A stretch of 64,000 bases of DNA, taken from an uncultured delta proteobacterium (GTDB lineage Bacteria > Desulfobacterota > Binatia > UBA9968). The position numbers were made by a program, and so were the translations under genes. This document shows, piece after piece, positions 29,022 through 40,262 of this stretch. Numbering within the stretch: the stretch's first letter is position 1; each line of letters starts with the position of its first letter. Under the pieces are notes generated by a model. It was not told the origin of the DNA. It searched no databases and worked only from the letters and a program-made list of their open reading frames with translations. Location of the stretch: contig CAVSHR010000012.1 in assembly GCA_963727625.1 (NCBI GenBank), positions 512,001-576,000 on the forward strand, given 5' to 3'.

Positions 29022-30065
29022 CTACATTCTCCCTAACTCGCGCAACAGCTTCTCCCACTTCTCATTTTCCTTATCGTACTGGGTCGCGGACATTCCCGCC
29101 TCGGGATAGTAACGCTTGAAGTCCGGTTTATTGGTGGCGCTGTCGAGACCGAACTTGCCGAGGAATTTTTGTCCCTCAGGGCTTACAAGAAAGTCGGCGA
29201 ACAGCAAGGCCGCATACGGGTGCGGTCGATTGGCCGGCACGGCAACACCGCCCGCGTTGGTCGGCACGACGTCCATCGGCACCCACTTGATCGGCGCGCC
29301 TTTTGCGATCGACACGCGCGAATGGCTGAGAAACACCGTCGGCGACACGCCCACCTCGCCGGAGATCACCATATCGAGCAGCGCCCGACCCGACACCGAA
29401 TGCAAGCTGACCTGTTGCTCCTTGAGTTTCTTGACAAACTCAGCGCCTTTGCTGGCGAGCATGGCGGCGATCACGCGCTTGCCGGTGTCGGTCGTGGAGA
29501 AGCCGATCCTGTCCTTGAGCTCGGGTTTGAGCAGATCTTCGTAGCCCTTCGGCACCGCGCTTCCCTTCACCGAGTTTGTGTTGTACGCAAGCCCGATGTA
29601 GGACTCGCGGTCGGTCATCCAGTAGACCAAACCCTTGTCGGCTTTTTCCTTGGCTTCGTCCGGATAGTGGGCCGAATAGGGAGAATAGTACGGCGTCAGC
29701 AGTTTATATTCCTGCATCAGTTTCAGAGCCGGAAAAGTCGTTTCGATCGTGTCGACCAGAAAGCGCTTGGCCTGAGCTTCCTGCAAAACCCGCTGAATGA
29801 TTGCGTCGCTGTTGCCGCGGTAGACTTCGAGCTTGACGCCGGGGTACTTCGCCGCGAAAACCTTCGGTGCTTGCTTGTTAGGTCCGCCGGTTAGCGAGGT
29901 GTACCACATCAACATCCCTTCTTTCTTCGCTCCCTCATAAAGCATCTTTTCGCGGTCGGGTTTGTTGTACGCGGCCAGCTCGGCCATCGACATGGGTTTT
30001 TCTTGGGACCATACCGGGGATATCCAATTCAGCGCAACAGCCATCATCAATAGCAAAATGCTCAT
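29022..30065 (-). CDS. ABC substrate-binding protein (AfuA/Fe3+-like class)
   Basis: GAKKEG.L.WYTS, YNT, GAPIKW, AALLFADFLVSPEGQ. Confidence 0.8.
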   Translation of the reverse strand: MSILLLMMAVALNWISPVWSQEKPMSMAELAAYNKPDREKMLYEGAKKEGMLMWYTSLTGGPNKQAPKVFAAKYPGVKLEVYRGNSDAIIQRVLQEAQAKRFLVDTIETTFPALKLMQEYKLLTPYYSPYSAHYPDEAKEKADKGLVYWMTDRESYIGLAYNTNSVKGSAVPKGYEDLLKPELKDRIGFSTTDTGKRVIAAMLASKGAEFVKKLKEQQVSLHSVSGRALLDMVISGEVGVSPTVFLSHSRVSIAKGAPIKWVPMDVVPTNAGGVAVPANRPHPYAALLFADFLVSPEGQKFLGKFGLDSATNKPDFKRYYPEAGMSATQYDKENEKWEKLLRELGRM

Positions 30066-30251
30066 TGCTGTCTCTCCTTGCTTGGCAATAGAATATGAGA
30101 AATTTTTATCATTGTCGGAAGGAGTAAAACAACCGACGGTCCTGTTTGCAACAGAGGAACGCTTTCACCGGGCGGGATTGAGCGCGGTTATTTCCAATTT
30201 TAGTTATGCTTTTCCGTGACGATTCGAAGGGCGGCCCGGGTTGATCGCAAT

Positions 30252-31367
30252 CTATTCTTTGAAGCGAATAATATTATATGCGGCAATAGGACGGTGAAAA
30301 CCCTTGAGCGAAAGCTCGCCGGCCGCCTCGGCCTCGACCAATTCTTCGATGCTGCCGAGCAAACGCTGGGAGGCCAGAATTTCCCCCGGCTTTGCTTCGC
30401 CGCACAGGCGCGCCGCCAGGTTTGGCACACTGCCGATCGCGCCGTACTCCCAACGTCCCTCATAACCGATTGCGCCGATGGTGGCGTAACCTTGCGCGAT
30501 GCCGACGCCGAAGTCGAGGTCGTAACCGAGTTTGCGCCATTTCACGGTCAGTTCTTTCACTCGCTCACGCATTGCCAGAGTCATGCGGATCGCGCGCTCG
30601 GGTGAATTGGGCACCGGCACCGGGTCGTTAAAAAAGATCATCATGCCGTCGCCCGCGAAGTGTTCCAATGTTCCTTCGTACTCGAGAATCAGCGTTCCCA
30701 TCGCCGCATGGTATTCATGCAAGATATTCATGACCTCTTCGGGCTCGGCGGATTCCGCGAAAGCCGTGAAACCACGCAGATCCAGATAAACCACGGTGAG
30801 CTCACGGCGATGGGTCTTCAGCGGATCGTCGGCTTCGCCGCTCACGATCAGTTCGGCGAGTTGCGGCGCGAAAAAGCGTTTGAGACGCCCGAGCCGCTCG
30901 AGCTGGGCCAGCTGATCCCGGACGCGCTGCTCCAACATTTTGTTCCACTCAGCAAGCTCGGCGGATTGACTCTGAACCCGATCGTGCAGCTCTTTTATCC
31001 GGAGCAACGACCGCACGCGCGCGAGCAGCTCGGCTTGATTGATCGGCTTGGTGAGAAAATCATCTGCGCCGGCGTCGATACCCTTCACCCGTTCCTCCGC
31101 CGGGTCCAGGGCGGTCACCATGATCACCGGAAGCATCGCCGTGGCGGAACTGTCGCGGATCTTCCGGCAGACCTCGTAGCCGCTCATCTCCGGCATGACG
31201 ACGTCCAGGAGCACCAAATCAGGACTCTCAGCTCCCATCTGAGCCAATGCCTCGCGACCCGATGAAGCCGTCACGACGTGGTAGCCCTTGACCTCCAGCA
31301 GGTCTGCGAGCAGCTTTACGTTCCGGGGCGTGTCATCGACGACAAGAATCTTTGGAGGAGTATTCAT
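30252..31367 (-). CDS. Response regulator fused to class III adenylate/guanylate cyclase
   Basis: ILVVDD, LLDVVMP, FLTKP; DLRGFT, FAGDG, AIGSVPNLAARL. Confidence 0.92.
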   Translation of the reverse strand: MNTPPKILVVDDTPRNVKLLADLLEVKGYHVVTASSGREALAQMGAESPDLVLLDVVMPEMSGYEVCRKIRDSSATAMLPVIMVTALDPAEERVKGIDAGADDFLTKPINQAELLARVRSLLRIKELHDRVQSQSAELAEWNKMLEQRVRDQLAQLERLGRLKRFFAPQLAELIVSGEADDPLKTHRRELTVVYLDLRGFTAFAESAEPEEVMNILHEYHAAMGTLILEYEGTLEHFAGDGMMIFFNDPVPVPNSPERAIRMTLAMRERVKELTVKWRKLGYDLDFGVGIAQGYATIGAIGYEGRWEYGAIGSVPNLAARLCGEAKPGEILASQRLLGSIEELVEAEAAGELSLKGFHRPIAAYNIIRFKE

Positions 31368-31368
31368 T

Positions 31369-31954
31369 CGAACAAACTCGTAATCCGAATATCGAAATCC
31401 GAAACAAACCCTCTGAGGTCAAATCCGAAATTCGAAGCACGAAATCCGAAATAGACTGGAAATCCATTAACCGCGTGCTTCAAGCTAGTTTATTTAATTT
31501 ATTCACTCTTTCGCAGAATCGCACCAAATATACCGGTCAACTCCGTTGACTCTCCGACAAGATCAACGCGCAATTTCTCAAGGGCCAACTCACCACCGAT
31601 GTCGATCAACCGCAACCAATAGCGGCTTTCCTCGGCCTCTTTACGACATATTCTGATTCTCATAAGAAAATCTTTCTTGCTTAGCGATTCATTGGCCTCG
31701 ATATAGTTAGCTCCGACCGAACCAGACGCTCGCATTACCCGTTTTGTATCCTCAGTATTTGCCAACGCCTTTGGAATTGTTTTGACAAAAAGGCGAACGA
31801 TTTCCGCAAAATCGAAGGGTCGGTCTTCGAGATCGTATTGTCTGAACCCCAATTCGGCTTTCATGTCTGGTGTTTTGCATTATTGATCTCGGAGCCCGGA
31901 TTCTATTTGGTCATTTGAATTTGTTTCGAATTTCGGAATTCGTGCTTCGGATTT
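31369..31954. mobile_element. Family A inverted-repeat element carrying a four-helix-bundle gene
   Basis: Arms aaatccgaaattcgaagcacgaaatccgaaa (31421-31451, plus a second arm ~31375-31408) and gtttcgaatttcggaattcgtgcttcggattt (31923-31954). Confidence 0.65.
31499..31864 (-). CDS. Four helix bundle protein (23S rRNA IVP / TIGR02436-like)
   Basis: DLEDR..DFA, RASGSVGANYIEANESLSKKDF, KEAEESRYWL. Confidence 0.88.
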   Translation of the reverse strand: MKAELGFRQYDLEDRPFDFAEIVRLFVKTIPKALANTEDTKRVMRASGSVGANYIEANESLSKKDFLMRIRICRKEAEESRYWLRLIDIGGELALEKLRVDLVGESTELTGIFGAILRKSE

Positions 31955-32330
31955 ATCTCCTTGTGGCGAGTACTCTTTCAACTTCGCCGAGAAAATCCTT
32001 CAAGGTAATGGGCTTTGTCTGGTAGCCGTCGAAGCCCTCGGCGAGCATGGCTTGCCGGTTGTTCGTCATCGCCGATGCGGTAATAGCGACAATCGGGATG
32101 CTCTGCGTCTTGGGATCGGACTTGAGCTGCTTCATCGCCGTGATGCCGTCCATACCGGGAAGCTGGATGTCCATGAGGATCAGCGCCGGAGATTGGCTCC
32201 GCGCCAACTCAAGCCCGTCCTCCGCAGCTTCGCTCTCGATGGTCTTGTACCCCTTCACCTGCAGCACGTCGCGGCAGAGCTTGCGGTTCTTCTCGTTGTC
32301 CTCGATAATCAAAATTAGTTCGTTAGCCAT
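31953..32330 (-). CDS. Single-domain response regulator (DivK-like)
   Basis: IIEDNEKN, LMDIQLPGMDG, AITASAM, GYQTKPI. Confidence 0.92.
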   Translation of the reverse strand: MANELILIIEDNEKNRKLCRDVLQVKGYKTIESEAAEDGLELARSQSPALILMDIQLPGMDGITAMKQLKSDPKTQSIPIVAITASAMTNNRQAMLAEGFDGYQTKPITLKDFLGEVERVLATRR

Positions 32331-32348
32331 AGGACTTCCGATTTTTCC

Positions 32349-32791
32349 TCTCGCAAAGGCGCTAAGGCGCAAAGTTTTAGGAATCCTCGATTCCGTTCAC
32401 CGCGCGGGTTATACCTCGTTTCATCAACGCTTCACCAAAGTTTAGCGGAAATCCCAGCTTGTAACCGGTTAACCGCAGATATGTCAGAAGCTGTTTCTTG
32501 TGAGCTTGGCTGACTTGCTCAACAGATTTTAACTCTATGATAACCTTGTCTTCGACAACTAAATCAGCGCGAAACGCCTCTTCGAAAGTCATCTCCTTGT
32601 AATGGATCGAAATCGGAACTTGCCGTATCACCGAAAGCCCACGTTGTCCTAATTCGTAGGCCAGAATGACTTCATATACGCTTTCCAGCAACCTCGGCCC
32701 AAGCTCCCGATGTACCGCAACAGCCACATCGATAATAATTGTCCCAATTTCATTCTCTGTCATAACTTGGCGTCTTTGCGCCTTTGCGAGA
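32349..32791. mobile_element. Family B inverted-repeat element carrying a GxxExxY gene
   Basis: 26-nt arms tctcgcaaaggcgctaaggcgcaaag and cttggcgtctttgcgcctttgcgaga (23/26 complementary), each 2 nt from the gene ends. Confidence 0.7.
32377..32763 (-). CDS. GxxExxY family protein (PD-(D/E)XK-like)
   Basis: VHRELGPRLLESVYE, FRADLVVEDKVIIELKSVE, QLLTYLRL, LNFG; motif Gly replaced by Arg. Confidence 0.88.
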   Translation of the reverse strand: MTENEIGTIIIDVAVAVHRELGPRLLESVYEVILAYELGQRGLSVIRQVPISIHYKEMTFEEAFRADLVVEDKVIIELKSVEQVSQAHKKQLLTYLRLTGYKLGFPLNFGEALMKRGITRAVNGIEDS

Positions 32792-32799
32792 GAATATTC

Positions 32800-35700
32800 T
32801 TATCCGATCGGCAGAGTGAATGTGAACGTGCTGCCTTTGCCGACTTCGCTTTCCACCCAGATCTTGCCGCCGTGCAGTTCGACGAACCGTTTAGTCAATG
32901 CCAAGCCCAGCCCTGTGCCTTCGCGCTTTTGCGCGTAATTCGATCCGACTTGCCGAAATTCTTCGAAGATCGCTTCCTGGTCTTCCTTGGCGATGCCTAT
33001 TCCGGTATCCGTCACCGAAATAATCGCCGCGCTGTCCCCCACTCTCGCCTCGACTTTGACATCTCCTCCCTCCGGCGTGAACTTTACCGCGTTGGTCAAA
33101 AGGTTGACGAGGATTTGTTTGATCTTGCGCTCGTCGCCAGTGAAATCGCCGAGCCGATCGTCGATCACGCGATCGAGTTTGATCCCATGCCGGCTGGCCC
33201 GCTCACGGATGAGCAAGAGCGCGTTCTCGATCGTATCTGGCAGGTGAAACGTCGTGATCTCCAACTCCATCCGCCCCGCTTCGACCTTGGAAAGATCGAG
33301 GATGTCGTTGATAAGCGAGAGCAGATGGCGCCCGGAAGTTAGAATATCGTCGGTGTATTCGGCTTGTTTTTCGTTCAACTCGCCAAAGAGTTTTTCCTGC
33401 AAGACCTCGGAAAAACCGATGATGGCGTTGAGCGGCGTGCGCAGTTCGTGCGACATGTTGGCGAGAAATTCCGACTTGTGCTGGCTGGCGGCTGCGAGTT
33501 GCTTGCCCTTCTCTTCGATCTCGCGGAACAGCCGCGCGTTGTGGATCGCCAAGGCCGACTGCGTCGCGAAGGTTTGCATCAGGTTCACCACCTCTGGATC
33601 GAACTCTCCGACCTGGCGGCGCCACACCGTCAACCCGCCCATAATTTGCTGCTCGCGCAGGATCGGCACCGTCAAAAGCGAGCGGTATCCGAGGCGGTTC
33701 AGCAACGGTCTCAACCTCGAAGTCGAGCGCTCTTGCTGATCAAAAGTATCGGGGATCTGCACCGGCGCGCGAGTGATCGCCGCTTGCCCCGTGGCGCCCT
33801 CGCCGGCCCTTATCCGAGCTGCTCTAAGCGCCTCGACCGCTTCGCTTTCCATATTGTGGCTCGCCCGCAAATTGAACTCTTGCGCCGCTTCATCATATTC
33901 GTAAATAACCCCGCAATCGGTGCCCGACAGTTCGACCGCCCGCGCGACGATGGTTTCCAGCACCGTTTCAAGATCGAGCGTCGAACTCACCGCTTGGCCG
34001 ACCTCGCTCAGCGCTTTCATCTCCTCGACGGATTCGACCAACTCGCGCGTGCGTTCTTGCAATTCCTTGAACAGCCGCACATTTTCGATAGCGATCACAG
34101 CCTGGTCGGCGAAGGTTTTCAGAAGAGCGATCTGTTTTTCGCTGAATGGCTGAACCTCTCGGCGGTAGATCGTGACCGCTCCGATCAGCATGCTCTCTCG
34201 GAGCATGGGCACATGTAGGGTTGTACGCGCACCTCCAAGCTCTACCGCTGCAACCGTGCCGGGTTGACGCTCCTGATACGCTCTCTCGATTGATATGTCA
34301 GGGATATGAATCGGGCTTCGCTGATGTATGAGTTGTCCAAGCCCCGAACTCGGGCCGGGCCTAATTGGACCCTGCCTCAAGAATTCGTTATAGGCCGGAG
34401 TTGCCCCAACAAGGCCCACAGGTTTGAATTCCTCAGCTTCATATAGGAATAGGAGACCCAAATCCGCATTGCACAGCCGTGTGGCATTGATGAGGATCGT
34501 TTGAAAGACCGGCTCAAGGTTGGTGGGTGAACTACTGATCACGCGCAGGATCTCGCTGGTCGCTGTCTGCTGCTCCAGCGCCTCGGTGATTTGGCGATTG
34601 CGTTCTTCTAATTCTTTGAACAGCCGCACGTTTTCGATGGCGATCACGGCCTGTGATGCGAAGGTCTTGAGAAGTGCGATCTGTTTCTCGGTAAACGGCC
34701 GCACCTCCATCCGGCGAGTTCCAATCACGCCGATTGCGACACTCTCGCGGAGCAACGGGGTGGCAAGCAGGGTTCGATAACCCAACCGGGTTCCCCGGCT
34801 TTCCGGATAATCCGCCGCGACCTCTTGGAAGTCGCGAATGTGAATCGTTTCGCAATCGACAATCGCTCGCCCCTGGTGCGAGTTGCGATTGAGCGGCGTC
34901 TCCGTCCCAAGCGGGCTGCTCGGAGCCGATCCATGGTTGGCGACCTTCCGCAGGCGATCGCCTTCAACCCGCATAAAAATCGCCGCATCCGTCGCCTCAC
35001 AAACCCGCGCCGCGTTCTCGGCCACAGTGTCCAACACCGGCTGAATATCAGTCGGCGAGCTGGCAATGACGCCCAAGATTTCACTGGTCGCCGTCTGCTG
35101 CTCAAGCGACTCCTTCAACTCTTGGAACAACCGCACGTTCTCGATGGCGATAACCGCTTGGTCGGCGAAAGTCTTTAGAAGACTGATTTGCTTGTCAGTG
35201 AATGGATTGACCTCCCCGCGGCGGATGTGAATCACCCCGATTGGTACGCCTTCCCGCAGCAGTGGCGTGGCAAGCGCGGTACCCGCCCCAATTAGGCCGC
35301 GGATACTTGGGAATTCAGTCACGGCTGCAGCGACGTCCTGCACATGAACGGTCTGCCGCTCGATCACCGCTCGCCCGGTGATTGAGCCGTGGTCTACCAG
35401 GCGCTCTGAACCAATTGGCCGTGCCGGCAGTGAACCGCAGTTGGCGACAAGCCTGAGAGAGCTTCCGTCTAGACGCCAGACCAGCGCGTCTTCTGCTCCA
35501 CAAACTCGCAGCGCGTTTTTAGCCACAGTGTCGAGCACCGGCTGGATGTTTGTCGGTGAATTGGCAATGACACCCAAGATTTCGCTCATCGCCGTCTGCT
35601 GTTCCAAAGACTCTTTGAGTTCTTGAAACAGCCGCACGTTCTCGATCGCGATCACAGCTTGATCGGCGAAAGTTTCGAGCAGCTTGATTTGCGCCGGGGT

Positions 35701-38700
35701 AAACGGGCGCACCTCGGTGCGCCGTGAGATCAGGAGTCCAATTAGGTCCCCATGTAGGCGAAGAGGAACAGCCAAAAACACGCGCTTCGGCCCCGGAACT
35801 GCCAATGGGATATCGTTTTGCGTGCGAATATCTGGGATATGAAGCGTGCCATGCTCCCGGACCCAGCGAGCCGGTGGTGAATCAATAGTGATCTCGATAC
35901 CGGGTACGGGTACGGAGCCATAATGAGCCCGGGGGACCAAAGCGTCGCCCTCGCGTAACCGCAGCACCGTATCATCGATCCCACACACGCGCGCCGCGCT
36001 CTCGACGATAGCATCAAGCACCGGCTGCACGTCCGTCGGCGAGCGGCTGATGATGCCGAGCACCTCGGATGTCGCCGTCTGGTGCTCCAGCGCTTCCCTA
36101 AGATCTGCGTTACGCTCCTGAATTTCTTTGAACAGCCGGACGTTTTCAATGGCAATTACAGCCTGGGCCGCAAAGGTTTCGAGCAGTTTAATTTGTCGAT
36201 CAGAAAATGGACGAACCTCGGTTCGCCTGATGTTAATCAAGCCTATAGGTGTACCCTCTCTGAGCATCGGCGTGCTTAAGAATGTCCGTGCTCCCGAGGA
36301 CCCTGCCATATCAGGAAATTCACTCTTCACGGCTTCGACGATATCGTTCACTAGGATCGTTTTTCCGGTAAGAATTGCTCGGCCTGCAGGGTGTCCTAAG
36401 GTCGTGCGCACAAACTCGGGCGCTGGTGCAGGTCCGAAGGATGCCACCCGTCGATGGCCGTCTCCCTCGACCAGACGAATCTGCGCGTCCGTTGCCTCAC
36501 AAAGTCGGGCGGCATTCTCTGCGACGACATCCAACACCGGCTGAATATCAGTCGGCGAGCTGGCGATAACGCCTAAAATCTCGCTCGTCGCAGTCTGCTG
36601 CTCCAACGATTCCTTTAGCTCTTGGAACAGCCGCACGTTTTCGATCGCGATGACCGCCTGGTCAGCGAAGGTTTCAAGAAGTTTGATCTGCGCTGGGGTG
36701 AAGGGACGCACCTCAATGCGCCGTGCAACCAGGACTCCAATGAGTTCCCCATGTAGGCGAAGGGGAACGGACAAAAACACGCGTTTCGGCCCCGGAACTA
36801 AAAATGGGATATCGCTTTTCGTGCGAATATCAGGGATGTGAAGCGTGCCATGCTCCCGGACCCATCGGGCCGGTGGGGAATCAATAGTGATCTCGATACC
36901 GGGTACGGGTACGGAACCATAATGGGCCCGGGAGATCAAAGCGTTCCCCTCGCGTAACCGCAGCATCGTATCATCTATCCCACAAACCCGCGCGGCGCTC
37001 TCGACGATGGCGTCGAGCACCGGCTGCACGTCCGTCGGCGAACGGCTGATGATGCCGAGCACTTCAGATGTCGCGGTCTGATGCTCCAGGGCTTCGCGAA
37101 GTTCGGCGTTACGATCCCCAAGCTCACGGAACAAGCGCACGTTCTCGATGGCGATGACCGCTTGATCGGCGAAGGTCTTTAGAAGAGCTATCTGCTTCTC
37201 GGTGAAAGGCCGGACCTCCGTGCGGCGAATACCGATCGCGCCAATCGCCACACCTTCGCGCAGCAGCGGTGTGCCGAGCATGGTGTGAATACCTCGCTGC
37301 TTTGCGCGATCTTGTTCCTCTGGATATTCGCCGGGAAGCGCGACAATGTCGACAACATGAATCGTCTGGCCGTCGGCAACCGCTCGTCCGTTCAACGAGT
37401 CGCGCGAGAGAGGCGTTTCAAATCCAATCGGACTCCCCGGAACCGACCCGTAGGTGGCGACCTTTCGAAGGCGAGAACTGTCCACGATCATGAAGATATT
37501 GGCGTCATTCGCTCCACAAATTTGCGCCGCATTTCTAGCGACGGTGTCCAGGACCGGCTGAATATCCGTCGGCGAACTGGCGATGACGCCTAAAATCTCG
37601 CTCGTCGCTGTCTGCTGCTCCAACGACTCCTTGAGCTCGTTGAACAACCGTACGTTCTCGATGGCGATCACCGCTTGATCAGCGAAGGTTTTGAGGAGAT
37701 CTATCTGTTTCTCGGTGAATGGATTGACCACCGTACGACGCATAAAGATCACACCAATTGCCATCCCTTCGCGCTGCAGCGGCGCGGCAAGCACCGTTCG
37801 AATGCCGCCTCGTTCGGTGCTGGCTTGAGACTCGGGGAACTCGGTTGCGTTCAGAGCCATCAAATCGTCAATGTGAACGACCCGGCGATCAATCACGGCA
37901 CGCCCGACTACTGAACGACGGTCGATTGGCCGGGGTGAAACGTCAGGCTCGAATGGCCCGTAATGCGCACGCATGGCTAAGACGTCGCCTTCAATGAGTC
38001 GAATAACCGCATCATCCGCACCGCATACTCGCGCCGCGCTGGCTGCTACTTCGTCCAAGACCGGCTGAATATCCGTCGGCGAACTGGTGATGACGCGTAG
38101 AATCTCGCCCGTCGCGGTCTGTTGCTCTAAGGCCTCGGTCAAATCGCGGTTGCGTTCCTGCAATTCTTTGAACAGCCGCACGTTCTCGATGGCGATGACA
38201 GCCTGGTCGGCGAAGGTTTTCAGCAAGGCAATCTGCTTGTCGGAAAAGGGGCGGACCTCCAAGCGTCGGATCAAAATCGCGCCGATCGGCGCGCCCTCGC
38301 GCAGCAGCGGCGTCGCCAGGGTCGTGCGGTGACCCGTCTGTTGCTGGTAACCCTTGATTTCCGGATATTCGCCGTCAACTTCCGCGGCCAGATCGTGGAC
38401 GTGAATGGTTTGACGGTCGATCATCGCCCGAGCCGCGGGAGATTGGCGGTTCATAGGTATATGGCCCGCCGGTATTAGCGGTCCGTAGGATGCCGCCCGG
38501 TGCGCGAGATCGTTCTCAAGGCGAAAAATCTGCGCATCGAATGACTCGCACAGCCGCGCCGCGCTTTCCGCAACGGCGTCGAGCACCGGCTGCACATCGG
38601 TGGGTGAGCGGCTGATGATGCCGAGCACCTCGGCCGTCGCTGTCTGATGCTCCAGCGCCTCGCGCAACTCCGCGTTACGGTCACCGAGTTCTTTGAACAA

Positions 38701-39804
38701 GCGCACGTTTTCTATGGCGATAACGGCTTGATCGGCGAAGATCTTGACGAGCGCGATTTGCTTCTCCGAAAATGGACGCACTTCCTTGCGTCGGACAATG
38801 ATCACCCCGATCGGATCGCCTGCGCGCAATAAAGGCACGCCAAGCACACTTCGAATGCCTATGGTCACCGGTCCCAGGGAAAAATCCACTTCGGGCGCTT
38901 GCACGTCAGGAACATGGATAGTCTGGCGGTCGAGCACGACGCGGCCGGAAAGGTTGCGCCGATCCGCGATCGATTCCTCGCCGATACGCGCCGTCGGAAT
39001 CAGACCGGTCGAGGCCGCGCGTCTGATGATATTCCCGGTAACCCGGTGAATAGTCGCTTCGTCGGCATCACACAATCGCCTGGCATTTTCGACGACAGCA
39101 TCCAGCACCGGCTGAATATCCGTCGGCGAACTGGCGATGACGCTTAAAATCTCGCTCGTCGCCGTCTGTTGCTCCAATGATTCCTTCAGCTCGTTGAACA
39201 GCCGCACGTTCTCGATGGCGATGACCGCTTCGTCGGCAAAACTCTCGAGCAGTTTTATTTGTTTGTCTGTGAAAGGGCGGACTTCCGTGCGCCGGATGTT
39301 AATCACACCGAGAGGCACACCGTCGCACATAAGCGGCGTGGCAAGCGCGGTTCTAATGCCGGTAGCATTTTGGACAGTCCGGTATTCTGGAAACTCCGTT
39401 TCAATTTCTTCCGCGATGTCATGTATGTGAACCGTTTCCCGATCGATGACAGCTCGGCCCACCGGAGTCCCGCGAGTAATGCTCCGCATTCCAATGGCTG
39501 TCGTCGGCATTGACCCATATACCGCCATACGTTGCTGAACATCACCCTCAACGCGAAAAATCAGAGCATCGGCAGCATCACACAACCGAGCAGCATTTTC
39601 CGCAATCGTATCCATCACGGACTGAAGGTCGGTTGGCGTGCGTGCGATCACGCGCAGGATCTCACTCATTGCCGCGCGCTGCTCCTCACCGTCGCGAATT
39701 TCTTGCGCTTGCGCGGCGATGGTCTTCTTCAGCTTCGAGATCGAATTCGCCGGGGACGCCGCGCGCGGTTTTGATTTGGTGGTCTTTGAGATCTTCTTAG
39801 CCAT
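32800..39804 (-). CDS. Cytoplasmic histidine kinase with 12 tandem GAF domains
   Basis: Eleven [15 protein letters not shown] module ends plus [15 protein letters not shown], then [31 protein letters not shown]. Confidence 0.93.
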   Translation of the reverse strand: MAKKISKTTKSKPRAASPANSISKLKKTIAAQAQEIRDGEEQRAAMSEILRVIARTPTDLQSVMDTIAENAARLCDAADALIFRVEGDVQQRMAVYGSMPTTAIGMRSITRGTPVGRAVIDRETVHIHDIAEEIETEFPEYRTVQNATGIRTALATPLMCDGVPLGVINIRRTEVRPFTDKQIKLLESFADEAVIAIENVRLFNELKESLEQQTATSEILSVIASSPTDIQPVLDAVVENARRLCDADEATIHRVTGNIIRRAASTGLIPTARIGEESIADRRNLSGRVVLDRQTIHVPDVQAPEVDFSLGPVTIGIRSVLGVPLLRAGDPIGVIIVRRKEVRPFSEKQIALVKIFADQAVIAIENVRLFKELGDRNAELREALEHQTATAEVLGIISRSPTDVQPVLDAVAESAARLCESFDAQIFRLENDLAHRAASYGPLIPAGHIPMNRQSPAARAMIDRQTIHVHDLAAEVDGEYPEIKGYQQQTGHRTTLATPLLREGAPIGAILIRRLEVRPFSDKQIALLKTFADQAVIAIENVRLFKELQERNRDLTEALEQQTATGEILRVITSSPTDIQPVLDEVAASAARVCGADDAVIRLIEGDVLAMRAHYGPFEPDVSPRPIDRRSVVGRAVIDRRVVHIDDLMALNATEFPESQASTERGGIRTVLAAPLQREGMAIGVIFMRRTVVNPFTEKQIDLLKTFADQAVIAIENVRLFNELKESLEQQTATSEILGVIASSPTDIQPVLDTVARNAAQICGANDANIFMIVDSSRLRKVATYGSVPGSPIGFETPLSRDSLNGRAVADGQTIHVVDIVALPGEYPEEQDRAKQRGIHTMLGTPLLREGVAIGAIGIRRTEVRPFTEKQIALLKTFADQAVIAIENVRLFRELGDRNAELREALEHQTATSEVLGIISRSPTDVQPVLDAIVESAARVCGIDDTMLRLREGNALISRAHYGSVPVPGIEITIDSPPARWVREHGTLHIPDIRTKSDIPFLVPGPKRVFLSVPLRLHGELIGVLVARRIEVRPFTPAQIKLLETFADQAVIAIENVRLFQELKESLEQQTATSEILGVIASSPTDIQPVLDVVAENAARLCEATDAQIRLVEGDGHRRVASFGPAPAPEFVRTTLGHPAGRAILTGKTILVNDIVEAVKSEFPDMAGSSGARTFLSTPMLREGTPIGLINIRRTEVRPFSDRQIKLLETFAAQAVIAIENVRLFKEIQERNADLREALEHQTATSEVLGIISRSPTDVQPVLDAIVESAARVCGIDDTVLRLREGDALVPRAHYGSVPVPGIEITIDSPPARWVREHGTLHIPDIRTQNDIPLAVPGPKRVFLAVPLRLHGDLIGLLISRRTEVRPFTPAQIKLLETFADQAVIAIENVRLFQELKESLEQQTAMSEILGVIANSPTNIQPVLDTVAKNALRVCGAEDALVWRLDGSSLRLVANCGSLPARPIGSERLVDHGSITGRAVIERQTVHVQDVAAAVTEFPSIRGLIGAGTALATPLLREGVPIGVIHIRRGEVNPFTDKQISLLKTFADQAVIAIENVRLFQELKESLEQQTATSEILGVIASSPTDIQPVLDTVAENAARVCEATDAAIFMRVEGDRLRKVANHGSAPSSPLGTETPLNRNSHQGRAIVDCETIHIRDFQEVAADYPESRGTRLGYRTLLATPLLRESVAIGVIGTRRMEVRPFTEKQIALLKTFASQAVIAIENVRLFKELEERNRQITEALEQQTATSEILRVISSSPTNLEPVFQTILINATRLCNADLGLLFLYEAEEFKPVGLVGATPAYNEFLRQGPIRPGPSSGLGQLIHQRSPIHIPDISIERAYQERQPGTVAAVELGGARTTLHVPMLRESMLIGAVTIYRREVQPFSEKQIALLKTFADQAVIAIENVRLFKELQERTRELVESVEEMKALSEVGQAVSSTLDLETVLETIVARAVELSGTDCGVIYEYDEAAQEFNLRASHNMESEAVEALRAARIRAGEGATGQAAITRAPVQIPDTFDQQERSTSRLRPLLNRLGYRSLLTVPILREQQIMGGLTVWRRQVGEFDPEVVNLMQTFATQSALAIHNARLFREIEEKGKQLAAASQHKSEFLANMSHELRTPLNAIIGFSEVLQEKLFGELNEKQAEYTDDILTSGRHLLSLINDILDLSKVEAGRMELEITTFHLPDTIENALLLIRERASRHGIKLDRVIDDRLGDFTGDERKIKQILVNLLTNAVKFTPEGGDVKVEARVGDSAAIISVTDTGIGIAKEDQEAIFEEFRQVGSNYAQKREGTGLGLALTKRFVELHGGKIWVESEVGKGSTFTFTLPIG

Positions 39805-39842
39805 TCGGACACATAAGACTAAACCAGCTATATACAATGTAA

Positions 39843-40004
39843 AAATCCGAAATCCGAATATCGAAATCGGAAATAAAGCAGAGCCAAATAAACCTCAAAT
39901 CCAGAAAATCCAAAACGCTGCCTTCTAACCTTCCCGTTTGGAGCATCGTCGTCGCTTTGTTTTTCATCATTTTGAATTTGTTGCGGATTTCGAGTTTCGG
40001 ATTT
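39843..40004. repeat. Family A periodic inverted repeat, empty
   Basis: aaatccgaaatccgaatatcgaaatcggaaa ... ttgcggatttcgagtttcggattt. Confidence 0.8.
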
Positions 40005-40262
40005 GACTTCACTCAGGGTTCTAGAAAACCTTCCGGCGGAGCGGAATAAAGGTCGGATGTCACATTGGTCACACCCGGCACACTTTTTACTAGCCTTACG
40101 ACTTTGTCTTCCAAGCCACGATCGACTCTGCCCTTGACGTAAATGTGGCCACCTTCGGCGCGAACTTCGAGTGCCAATCCTCCTACGTTGGGCGCTGCAA
40201 ATAACATGGCATGGACCCGAGACCCAAGCGCGAAGTCATGGAAAGCCTGGTTGGACTCGGGA

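Noticed and set aside
31499-31864. 23S rRNA intervening sequence or DGR avd
   Set aside because: No rRNA sequence or reverse transcriptase nearby; flanks are protein-coding genes.
32800-39804. Regular DNA repeats as a CRISPR array or DGR template/variable repeats
   Set aside because: They are in-frame GAF linkers about 500 nt apart; no cas or reverse transcriptase gene is present and no adenine-specific pattern was noticed.
39797-40012. Short ORFs such as MKSNPKLEIRNKF (also 31352-31549)
   Set aside because: They are translations of the family A heptamer arms, not credible genes.
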